Shown in pieces: positions 1 through 8,265 of a stretch of DNA of 64,000 nt. The first letter of the stretch is position 1. Each line of letters begins with the position of its first letter. Made by a program: the position numbers and the translations under genes. The notes under the pieces are model-generated. The model had not been told where the DNA came from. It worked only from the letters and a program-made list of their open reading frames with translations, and made no database searches. Source of the stretch: Planctomycetota bacterium (GTDB lineage: Bacteria > Planctomycetota > UBA1135 > UBA2386). The stretch is taken from assembly GCA_046290465.1 (NCBI GenBank), contig JBKAGP010000001.1:5632001-5696000 (forward strand), read 5' to 3'.

Positions 1-1209
1 GGCAACTGGGAGGGCATCGGCTGGGCGCAGAACTGGGTCTTCGAGGACCACGCGATCACCGCGGCGGACACCGACGTCGACTACGCCGGCACGCAGGACA
101 TCGAGGCGCAGTACGTGATGCTCGACCTGCCGCTGACCGAGCAGCTGCGGGTCGTCGGCGGCGTGCGCTGGGAGACCACCGACATCTCGATCAGGAGTGA
201 TCCCGAGGAGCGCGCCACCTGGGTGCCGTCGGTCGACCCCAACGGCAACCCGAACTTCGGCATCGCCAACTTCCCGGTCAGCGATCCGAGCGACCCGACG
301 TTCGACGCCGACCTGCTGGCGCTGGCCAACCCGCAGCGTTCGCAGGACAACGTGCTGCCGGCGATCGGCCTGATCTACGAGCCGGTCGACGGGCTGATCT
401 TCCGCGCGTCGTACACCGAGACGCTGGCGCGGCAGACGTTCAAGGAGCTGTCGCCGGTGTTCCAGCAGGAATACATCGGCGGCCCGGTCTTCATCGGCGA
501 CCCCAACCTCGAGATCAGCGACGTGCGCAACATCGACTTCCGGGTCGACTACACGCCGGCGCCGGGCTCGCTGTTCTCGGTGTCGTACTTCAAGAAGATC
601 ATCGACAACCCGATCGAGTACGTCGAAGCCGCGCAGGGCTTCACGTTCACCAAGCCGGTCAACTGCCCGCGCGGCAAGCTGACCGGGTGGGAGGTCGAGA
701 TCCGGCAGGAGATGGGGCAGCTGTGGGATCCGCTCGGCGGCCTGCAGCTCGGCGGCAACTCGACCTGGATCGAGGCGACCGTGCGTCGGCCCGACAGCGA
801 GGTGCTGCAGTTCGAGCAGTTCCAGGGCGTGCGCGACAACACGACGCGCGACATGACCGACGCGCCCGACTACCTGTGGAACCTGTTCGCGACCTACGAC
901 GTGCCGGCGACCGGCACCAGCTTCGGCGCGTTCTACACGGTGGTCGGCGACACGCTGATCCAGGGCCCCGGCCCGTCGAACAGCGCGTTCATCCCGGCGA
1001 CCTACGACAAGTCGTACGACAACCTGACGCTGACGATGCGGCAGTCGCTCGGCAAGGGCGTGACGCTGTCGTTCTCGGCCAAGAACCTCACCGACGCCAA
1101 CCGCCAGCAGGTCTACCGCACCAAGTACCTGCCCGAGGACGTCGTGCGCCGCGACTACACGACCGGCATCACCTACTCGCTGTCGATCGGCGGCGAGATC
1201 CGTTTCTGA
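1..1209 (+). CDS. TonB-dependent outer-membrane receptor, C-terminal part (5' truncated by window edge)
   Basis: Frame 1 is open from base 1. Beta-barrel strand pattern, motifs GDPNL and AKNLTD, C-terminal Phe (GEIRF). Sits directly upstream of exbB/exbD/tonB. Confidence 0.9.
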   Translation, partial: GNWEGIGWAQNWVFEDHAITAADTDVDYAGTQDIEAQYVMLDLPLTEQLRVVGGVRWETTDISIRSDPEERATWVPSVDPNGNPNFGIANFPVSDPSDPTFDADLLALANPQRSQDNVLPAIGLIYEPVDGLIFRASYTETLARQTFKELSPVFQQEYIGGPVFIGDPNLEISDVRNIDFRVDYTPAPGSLFSVSYFKKIIDNPIEYVEAAQGFTFTKPVNCPRGKLTGWEVEIRQEMGQLWDPLGGLQLGGNSTWIEATVRRPDSEVLQFEQFQGVRDNTTRDMTDAPDYLWNLFATYDVPATGTSFGAFYTVVGDTLIQGPGPSNSAFIPATYDKSYDNLTLTMRQSLGKGVTLSFSAKNLTDANRQQVYRTKYLPEDVVRRDYTTGITYSLSIGGEIRF

Positions 1210-1265
1210 ACCGCATACCCACACCGTTTCCCGCACCCCCTGGTCGCGCCGCGACCGACCTCACC

Positions 1266-2114
1266 ATGGAAGCCATCCAGCGCCACGACGGGCCCGAGCA
1301 GACGCGCACCGCGCGCCGTTCGCTGTTGCCCGCGCTCCTGATCTCCCTCGCCTTGTCGGCCCCGCAACTCACCGCCCAGCAAGGTGGGGCGCAGGACCCG
1401 GCGGAGCTGGCCAAGGCCATGCGCTCGGCGCACGCGGAGTACGCGCTGGCCAAGCGCACGATCTCCGAGGAGCGCGAAGCCTGGCGCAAGGGCAAGCAGA
1501 CGCTCGAGACCCAGATCCAGGTGCTGAACGGCGAGTACGAGTCGTTCGTCGAGCGCATCGCCGAGGCCAAGAAGAGCATCGAGGCCGCCGACAAGAAGTA
1601 CGGCGAGCTGGAGAAGCAGAAGGCCGAGCTGGAGCGCGTCACCAAGGTGCTCGAGCAGCGCATCACCAAGCTCGAGCAGCGCACGCTGGCACTGCTCGAG
1701 CGGGTGCCGGCGCCGCTCGCCCTCAACGTGCAGACGATCTCGCAGCTGCTGCCGGAGAACGACGAGCAGCGGGAGAAGCTGTCGCTGAGCGTTCGCTACC
1801 AGAACGTGATGGGCGTGCTCAACCCGATCGACAAGTGGAACCGCGAGGTCAAGCTCGAGAACGAGCGCCGCGACCTGCCGAACGGCAAGAGCGTCTCGGT
1901 GACGGTGCTCTACGTCGGCCTGGCGCAGGGCTACTACGTCGGCGGCAAGGGCCCCGACGGCAAGCCGAACATCGCCGGGGTCGGCACGTCGACCGCCGAC
2001 GGCTGGCGCTGGACGCCGTCGAACGAGCTGGCCGCCGACATCGCCAAGGCGGTCTCGATCTACCGCAACGAGCAGCTCGCCGCGCTGGTGCAGCTGCCGG
2101 TCAGCATCCTGTGA
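1266..2114 (+). CDS. DUF3450 family (TtpB-like) secreted coiled-coil protein
   Basis: Signal peptide, long coiled coil, C-terminal VLYVGLAQGYY...WRW...LVQLP. Occupies the first position of a TonB2-type operon. Confidence 0.75.
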   Translation: MEAIQRHDGPEQTRTARRSLLPALLISLALSAPQLTAQQGGAQDPAELAKAMRSAHAEYALAKRTISEEREAWRKGKQTLETQIQVLNGEYESFVERIAEAKKSIEAADKKYGELEKQKAELERVTKVLEQRITKLEQRTLALLERVPAPLALNVQTISQLLPENDEQREKLSLSVRYQNVMGVLNPIDKWNREVKLENERRDLPNGKSVSVTVLYVGLAQGYYVGGKGPDGKPNIAGVGTSTADGWRWTPSNELAADIAKAVSIYRNEQLAALVQLPVSIL

Positions 2115-2128
2115 GCGAGGGCAACACG

Positions 2129-3649
2129 ATGAACACGAAGAGCAAGCTGTTGGCCCTGCTGGCCACGACGGCGCTGTGCGCCGGCTCGGCGTTCGCCCAG
2201 GGCGGCAACGCCGGTGCGAATCAGGATCCGAACGGCCAGAGTCCGGCTGGCCAAAACCCGGCTGGCCAAAACCCGGCCGGCCAGAAGCCGCAGCGCACCA
2301 TCGCGGACGCCGCCGCGTCGATGGACCGCGACATGAAGGCCGCGCTGCAGGAGCTCGACGCGCTGCGCACGGCGATCGGCGCCGAGCGCCTGCCGCTCGC
2401 CGAACGCCTCGGCGAGGTCGAGAAGAACCTGTCGGCGATCCGCAAGGAATACGACGCGGTCTCCAGCGACCTGGTCCAGAAGACCGACAGCCTGACCTCG
2501 CTCGAGGGCACGCTGAAGAGCCTGAACCAGCAGTCGGACTACCTGTCGACGCTGCTCGGCCAGTACACCGAGGAGTTCAAGACGCGCCTGCACATCGCCG
2601 AGCTGCAGCGCTACGCCGAGCCGCTGCAGGCCGCCAAGCTGGCGCTCGAGAACACCAAGCTGACCGACGAGGACCGCTTCGCGACGCAGCTCAGCGTCGT
2701 CGAGCTGTCGCTCGACAAGCTCGAGGACGCGCTCGGCGGCAGCCGCTTTCAGGGCACCGCCAAGGTCGAGAACGGCGAGTTCAAGGACGGCCGCATCGTG
2801 CTGGTCGGCCCGATGGCGCTGTTCCAGTCGGCCGACGGCCAGGACATCGGCTCGATCGAGGAGGAGCCCGGCTCGCAGGAGGCCAAGGTCGTGTCGTTCT
2901 CCGAGAAGGCGGACCGTGACGCGGCCGCCGGCCTCGCGGTCGGCAGCGGCGGCAGGTTCCCGATGGACGTGACGCTCGGCAACGCGCAGAAGGTCGAGGC
3001 GATCAAGGAGACCTGGTGGGAGCACGTCCAGAAGGGCGGCGTCATCATGATCCCGATGGCGGTGCTCGCCGGCGCGGCGCTGCTGGTCGTGCTGCTGAAG
3101 TGGCTGTCGATGGCGTTCATCCGCCGTCCGTCGAAGCGGCAGGTCGACCAGCTGCTCGACTCGATCGAAGGCAGCGACTACGCCTCGGCGGTCGAGATCG
3201 CCGAGTCGATGCCGGGCCCGGGTGGCCGCATGCTGCAGGCCGGCGCCGAGCACCTCGGCGAGCCGCGGGAACTGATCGAGGAGGTCATGTTCGAGAAGGT
3301 GCTGACCACCCGCCTGAGCCTGCAGAGCTGGCTGCCGTTCGTCGCGATCTGCGCGACCTCGGCGCCGCTGCTCGGCCTGCTCGGCACGGTGACCGGCATC
3401 ATGGGCACGTTCGCCTTGATGACCGAGTTCGGCACCGGCGACCCCAAGGTGCTGTCGTCCGGCATCTCCGAGGCGCTGATCACCACCGAGCACGGCCTGA
3501 TCATCGCCATCCCGTCGCTGCTGCTGCACGCGTTCCTGGCCCGCAAGGCCAAGGGCCTGACCGACGGCATGGAGAAGATGGCGGTGCAGTTCATGAACCA
3601 CGTGCGCACCCCCGAGCCGATCGATCACCACGATTCGGTCGAGGTCTGA
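2129..3649 (+). CDS. exbB: Extended MotA/TolQ/ExbB proton channel protein (TtpC-like)
   Basis: APLLGLLGTVTG and GISEALITT motifs, preceded by a signal peptide and a long periplasmic coiled coil. Confidence 0.9.
   Translation: MNTKSKLLALLATTALCAGSAFAQGGNAGANQDPNGQSPAGQNPAGQNPAGQKPQRTIADAAASMDRDMKAALQELDALRTAIGAERLPLAERLGEVEKNLSAIRKEYDAVSSDLVQKTDSLTSLEGTLKSLNQQSDYLSTLLGQYTEEFKTRLHIAELQRYAEPLQAAKLALENTKLTDEDRFATQLSVVELSLDKLEDALGGSRFQGTAKVENGEFKDGRIVLVGPMALFQSADGQDIGSIEEEPGSQEAKVVSFSEKADRDAAAGLAVGSGGRFPMDVTLGNAQKVEAIKETWWEHVQKGGVIMIPMAVLAGAALLVVLLKWLSMAFIRRPSKRQVDQLLDSIEGSDYASAVEIAESMPGPGGRMLQAGAEHLGEPRELIEEVMFEKVLTTRLSLQSWLPFVAICATSAPLLGLLGTVTGIMGTFALMTEFGTGDPKVLSSGISEALITTEHGLIIAIPSLLLHAFLARKAKGLTDGMEKMAVQFMNHVRTPEPIDHHDSVEV
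2228..2287 (+). repeat. 4 x 15-bp imperfect tandem repeat encoding PNGQS-PAGQN-PAGQN-PAGQK
   Basis: CCGGCTGGCCAAAAC occurs twice exactly, flanked by two degenerate copies. Confidence 0.85.
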
Positions 3650-3657
3650 GGCCAGCC

Positions 3658-4326
3658 ATGATCGCCTTGCTTGAAGAACCCGCCACGGTCATGGAGCAGT
3701 TCTGGCTGCTCTGGGACTCGGCGTGGGACATCTGGGAGAAGGGCGGCTGGGCGATGGGCGCGATCTTCGTGAACGCGGCCATCATGTTCGGCTTCGGCAC
3801 GCACACGTTCTTGAAGATCGCCGGCAAGCACTTCCGCGGCGTGCGCGAGAAGACCTGGCGGCTGTGGATCGAGCACCCGAAGTACCGCGAGGGCAAGATC
3901 GGCGAACTGCTCGACGAGGTCACGCTCGCCGAGACGCTCGAGGAGTCGGCCGCCGTCTTCGACGGCCTGCGTCAGGCCGAACTCGCGCCGATCAACCGCG
4001 AGCTCAAGATCATGAAGGTGTGCATCGCCGCAGCACCGCTGCTCGGCCTGCTCGGCACGGTCACCGGCATGCTCGCGACGTTCGCGGCGCTGGCGGCCGG
4101 CCAGGGCGGCGACAAGACGATGGCCGCCGTGTCGCAGGGCATCTCCGAAGCGCTGATCACGACCATGACCGGTCTGGTCGTCGCGCTGCCGGGGCTGTTC
4201 TTCCAGTACATGCTCTCGCGGATGCGGGACACCTACGCGGCGTTCCTGGCGCAGCTCGAGACGGGCTGCACGCAGGAGCTCTATCGCCGCATCCTCGAAT
4301 CGGGCAACGGCCAGGAAGCCGCCTGA
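3658..4326 (+). CDS. exbB: MotA/TolQ/ExbB proton channel protein
   Basis: APLLGLLGTVTGM and GISEALITT motifs. Confidence 0.9.
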   Translation: MIALLEEPATVMEQFWLLWDSAWDIWEKGGWAMGAIFVNAAIMFGFGTHTFLKIAGKHFRGVREKTWRLWIEHPKYREGKIGELLDEVTLAETLEESAAVFDGLRQAELAPINRELKIMKVCIAAAPLLGLLGTVTGMLATFAALAAGQGGDKTMAAVSQGISEALITTMTGLVVALPGLFFQYMLSRMRDTYAAFLAQLETGCTQELYRRILESGNGQEAA

Positions 4327-4365
4327 TTCGCCGACACGACATTCCAATCCAAGCCAGGACCAACC

Positions 4366-4776
4366 ATGGGACGTTTCCGCGACTTCAGTGGCGAAGGTGA
4401 AGCCGAGGGCGGCATCGACATGTCGCCGATGATCGACTGCGTCTTCATCCTGCTGATCTTCTTCATCGTGACCACGACGTTCGTCGAGGAGACCGGCATC
4501 GACGTCGACAAGCCGCAGGCGGCCGCGTCGGTGTCGCTGAAGAAGAACAGCGTGATGTTCGCGCTGACCAAGGAGGGCGAGGTCTACTTCGACTCCAAGC
4601 CGGTCGGCCTCGCCGCGGTGCGCGGCATCGTCGCGCGCAAGATGCTCAAGGAGAAGCAGCCGGTGATCGTGCAGGTCGACCAGGCTGCGTCGGCCGGCAT
4701 GCTGACGCGCGTCATCGACCAGTGCAAGCTCGGCAACGCCGAGACCGTCAGCATCGCGACCAAGAAGGGGTCCTGA
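4366..4776 (+). CDS. exbD: Biopolymer transporter ExbD/TolR
   Basis: IDMSPMIDCVFILLIFFIV transmembrane segment carrying the conserved Asp. Confidence 0.93.
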   Translation: MGRFRDFSGEGEAEGGIDMSPMIDCVFILLIFFIVTTTFVEETGIDVDKPQAAASVSLKKNSVMFALTKEGEVYFDSKPVGLAAVRGIVARKMLKEKQPVIVQVDQAASAGMLTRVIDQCKLGNAETVSIATKKGS

Positions 4777-4779
4777 GCG

Positions 4780-5442
4780 ATGGAACCCGAGATCCGGTCC
4801 AGTTCGTTGAAGCGCTTCAGCCACACGTTCGCCGTGTTGAGCGGCGGCCTGGTGCTGGCGCTCGGCTGCTTCCTGCTGCTGCCGCTGCTGCGCGCGATCA
4901 CCGCGCCGCCGAAGGCGGACCTGGAGCTGCGCAAGGCCGACACGACCCAGCTGCCGCCGCCGCCGCCGCCCAAGCAGGAGGAGGAGAAGAAGCAGGAGGA
5001 AGAGGAGCCGCCACCGCCGGCGCCGGCCGCGGACGCGCCGCCGCTCGACCTGTCGGACCTCGAGATGGTGCTCAGTGGCGGCTTCGGTGACGGCGGCGGC
5101 ACGTTCGCTGGCTCGCTGCCGCTGGCGCTGCCCGGCGGCGGGTCGACCGGCAACATGGCCGACCTGTTCAACATGGGCGACCTCGAGGAGAAGCCGCGCG
5201 TGATCTTCCGCGCGCGCCCCGAGCTGACCCGCGAGATGCGCAAGCGCATGCCGTGCACGGTCAACATCCTGATGACCGTCAACAAGCAGGGCCGCGTCGT
5301 GAACCCGACCGTCTACAGCACGGACGATCCGCTGTTCAACGACTCCGCCCTGAAGGCGATCCGCCAGTGGAAGTTCGAGCCCGGCAAGCGCAAGGGCAAG
5401 CCCGACGACTTCCGCGTTCGCCAGCCGATTACATTCAAGTGA
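4780..5442 (+). CDS. tonB: Energy transducer TonB
   Basis: N-terminal TM helix, Pro/Glu-rich linker, TonB_C domain (ALKAIRQWKFEPG...VRQPITFK). Confidence 0.92.
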   Translation: MEPEIRSSSLKRFSHTFAVLSGGLVLALGCFLLLPLLRAITAPPKADLELRKADTTQLPPPPPPKQEEEKKQEEEEPPPPAPAADAPPLDLSDLEMVLSGGFGDGGGTFAGSLPLALPGGGSTGNMADLFNMGDLEEKPRVIFRARPELTREMRKRMPCTVNILMTVNKQGRVVNPTVYSTDDPLFNDSALKAIRQWKFEPGKRKGKPDDFRVRQPITFK

Positions 5443-5452
5443 GGTGCAACTG

Positions 5453-6985
5453 ATGTCCCCCCGCATTCTGACCAGCTCTGTGGTCGCGCTGCTGTCCCTG
5501 GCGGCGTGTTCGACCAACTCCAACGGATCGGCCGGCAACGAGCAGGTCGCGTCGAACGAATCCGAAACCGGTCCCGGTGATGCCGGTGGCCGCGCCGAAG
5601 GCGGCGCCGCCGCGGCCGAGGGTGTGTTCCGGGAAGGCTCGAAGGAGCTGACCGAACAGCAGCAGAAGGCGCAGTCGATCATCCGCGAGATCTGGCAGAC
5701 GCCCGGCTTCAAGCGGTCGGTCATGCAGAACTGGCTGCGCGGCAGCGAGGTCGAGCCGCAGTTGACGTTGCGCGAAGGGGAGTTCCGGACCGAGGTGCTG
5801 CAGCTGATCGCCGATGGCGACAACAAGGACGCCGAGTCGCGCTTGCGGAGCCTGCAGGGCGAGGGTGCCAACTCCGTGTGGGACTTCATGCTCGGCAACC
5901 TGTTGTTCGGGGACGGTCGGTTCGCCGACGCGCAGAAGGAACTGGTCAAGGCGGTCGCGAAGTACCCGAAGTTCCGCCGTGCCTGGCAGGTTCTCGGCTT
6001 CTCACAGATGCGTGACGGCAAGTTCGCGTCGGCCGCAGAATCGCTGTCCGAGGTGATCAAGCTCGGTGGTGGGGACGCGCAGACCTACGGCTTCCTCGGT
6101 CTCGCCCACGCGCAGGGCGGCAGCTACGCCGCGGCCGAGTCGGCGTTCCGCTACACGATCATGATGGACCCGCGCGATGATCGCTGGCAGCAGCTGCTGG
6201 CCGACGTGCTGGGCCGCCAGGGCAAGTACGCCGACAGCATCAGCCTGATCGACCGCCTGCTCGCCAAGGACCGCAACAACGTCAACCTCTGGAAGATGCA
6301 GGCGTACGCGTTCGCCAACATGGGCGAGACCCAGAAGGCGGCCACCAACTTCGAGATCATCGACCGCCTCGGCGGCGCCGACTACAACGCGCTGGCGACG
6401 CTCGGCACGATCTACTTCAACGACGAGCTGTACACGCTGGCGGTCGACGCCTACCTGCGCGCGATCGAGAAGAAGGACCGCGGCGAGCACGACGCGGTGC
6501 TCGGCATCGCCAACCGCCTCGCGTCGCGTTCGGTCTACGACGAGGCCAGCCGCCTGATCCAGGGCATCGAGAAGGCCTACGCCGACACGTTGCCGCAGGA
6601 CAGCAAGCTCGAGATGCTCAAGCTGCGGGCGCGTCTCGCGGTCGCCTCGGGCGCGACCGAGGAGCAGATCGCGCTGCTCAAGGAGATCGTCAAGCAGAAC
6701 CAGCTCGACGGCGACGCGCTGATCCAGCTGGCGCGCTACTACCAGGACAAGGGCGAGATCGAGCAGGCCATCTTCCGCTACGAGCAGGCGGCCCGGAACC
6801 CCGAGTTCGCCGCCGACGCCAGGGTCCTGCACGCGCAGCTGCTGTCCAACAACCAGCGCTACGCCGAGGCCGAGCCGCTGCTCGAAGCCGCGATCAACCT
6901 GAAGCCGCGCGACGACGTCCAGCAGCTGCTCGAGTACGTCAAGCGCGCCAAGGCCCGCGCCGCCAGCAAGAAGGCCGGCTCGTAA
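5453..6985 (+). CDS. TPR-repeat lipoprotein (TtpD-like)
   Basis: Lipobox LAAC, many TPR-like helices, GAGGTG ribosome-binding site before ATG 5453. Confidence 0.85.
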   Translation: MSPRILTSSVVALLSLAACSTNSNGSAGNEQVASNESETGPGDAGGRAEGGAAAAEGVFREGSKELTEQQQKAQSIIREIWQTPGFKRSVMQNWLRGSEVEPQLTLREGEFRTEVLQLIADGDNKDAESRLRSLQGEGANSVWDFMLGNLLFGDGRFADAQKELVKAVAKYPKFRRAWQVLGFSQMRDGKFASAAESLSEVIKLGGGDAQTYGFLGLAHAQGGSYAAAESAFRYTIMMDPRDDRWQQLLADVLGRQGKYADSISLIDRLLAKDRNNVNLWKMQAYAFANMGETQKAATNFEIIDRLGGADYNALATLGTIYFNDELYTLAVDAYLRAIEKKDRGEHDAVLGIANRLASRSVYDEASRLIQGIEKAYADTLPQDSKLEMLKLRARLAVASGATEEQIALLKEIVKQNQLDGDALIQLARYYQDKGEIEQAIFRYEQAARNPEFAADARVLHAQLLSNNQRYAEAEPLLEAAINLKPRDDVQQLLEYVKRAKARAASKKAGS

Positions 6986-7013
6986 GCCCGCGCGGCGGCC
7001 CGCAGCGGACGGC

Positions 7014-8189
7014 CTAGGCCTTCCGCAGCGGGCGGACGATCAGGTCCTTCAGCGCGAAGTTGCTGCCCTCGCCGACCCGCGTCACGAACAGGTCGTTGTG
7101 GTGGCGGATCAGGCCGAACTCGTCGAAGCACGAGACGCCGCCGCAGATCTCCATGCCGAGCGCGACCAGTTCGCTGGCGCGGCGGCTGCACTCGACCTTG
7201 ATCTTGGCCGCCTGCTCGCGGCCGAGCGTGCCCTTCTCGTAGAGGTTGCAGCAGTGCATCAGCCACGTCAGGCCGCTCTCGAGCGCGATGTCCATGTCGA
7301 CGATGACGTCCTGCACGCGCTGGAAGCGGCCGATCGGCTTCTCGTCGAATTGGATGCGCTCCTCGGCGTAGACGCGACACTTGTCGAGCGCGAACGCGAG
7401 TGAGCCGAGCGCCAGCGATGCGATGAACAGGCGGCCGCCGTTGAGCGTGGTCACCATCACCTTGAAGCCGTCGTTGACCTCGCCGAGGATCGCGTCGTCC
7501 GACACCTCGACCCCTTCGAACATGATCGAGCCGGTCGACGACTGCTCCCAGACCTTCTTGCCCTGCATCTCCTGGTAGAAGACGCCCTGCTGGTCCATCG
7601 GCACGATGAAGCAGGTCGAGCGCTTGCCGTTGGGGGCGTCGGGCGCGGTCAGCGCGTGCACCACGACGTGGCTCGCCCAGCGGGCGTTCGTCGACCAACA
7701 CTTCTCGCCGTTGATGACCCACTTGTCGCCGTTCTTCACGGCGGTCACCTCGGGGTTGGCCGCGTCACTGCCGCGGCCCGGCTCCGACAGTCCGAACACG
7801 AACATGCGTTCGCCCGCAGCGAGCGCCGGCAGGTGCGCCTGCTTCTGCTCCTCGGTGCCGCACAGCTGCAGCGGCTTGGCGCCCAGCGAGATCGCGGCGC
7901 CGGGAGTGATCGCGACGGCCTGGCTGTGGTAGCCGATCGCCATGCCCATCAGGCACAGGTCGGTGTGGTCGCCGCCCTGGCCGCCGTACTCCTCGGCGAT
8001 GGGGAGGCCGAACAGGCCCATCTCGCCCATGGCCTTCAGGCAGGAATCGGGCACCAGCTGGTGCTCGCGTTCCCAGCCGAGCAGGTGCGGTGCGACGTGC
8101 TCGTCGCTGAAGTCTCGGACCGCCTCGTAGAAGGCGAACTTGTCCTCGTCGATCAGGTTCGCGAGGTAGGTGTCAATTCTGCGTGCCAT
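7014..8189 (-). CDS. Acyl-CoA dehydrogenase
   Basis: FGLSEPGRGSDA, INGEKCWSTNA, ERIQFDEKPIGRFQ and GEGSN motifs. Confidence 0.93.
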   Translation of the reverse strand: MARRIDTYLANLIDEDKFAFYEAVRDFSDEHVAPHLLGWEREHQLVPDSCLKAMGEMGLFGLPIAEEYGGQGGDHTDLCLMGMAIGYHSQAVAITPGAAISLGAKPLQLCGTEEQKQAHLPALAAGERMFVFGLSEPGRGSDAANPEVTAVKNGDKWVINGEKCWSTNARWASHVVVHALTAPDAPNGKRSTCFIVPMDQQGVFYQEMQGKKVWEQSSTGSIMFEGVEVSDDAILGEVNDGFKVMVTTLNGGRLFIASLALGSLAFALDKCRVYAEERIQFDEKPIGRFQRVQDVIVDMDIALESGLTWLMHCCNLYEKGTLGREQAAKIKVECSRRASELVALGMEICGGVSCFDEFGLIRHHNDLFVTRVGEGSNFALKDLIVRPLRKA

Positions 8190-8265
8190 TTGCCCGCCAG
8201 AGTAGGCCGGGCCCAACGCCGACACCAGCGCTGGGCCCGCCTCGGCGGGGTGGATCGGCCGGCGC

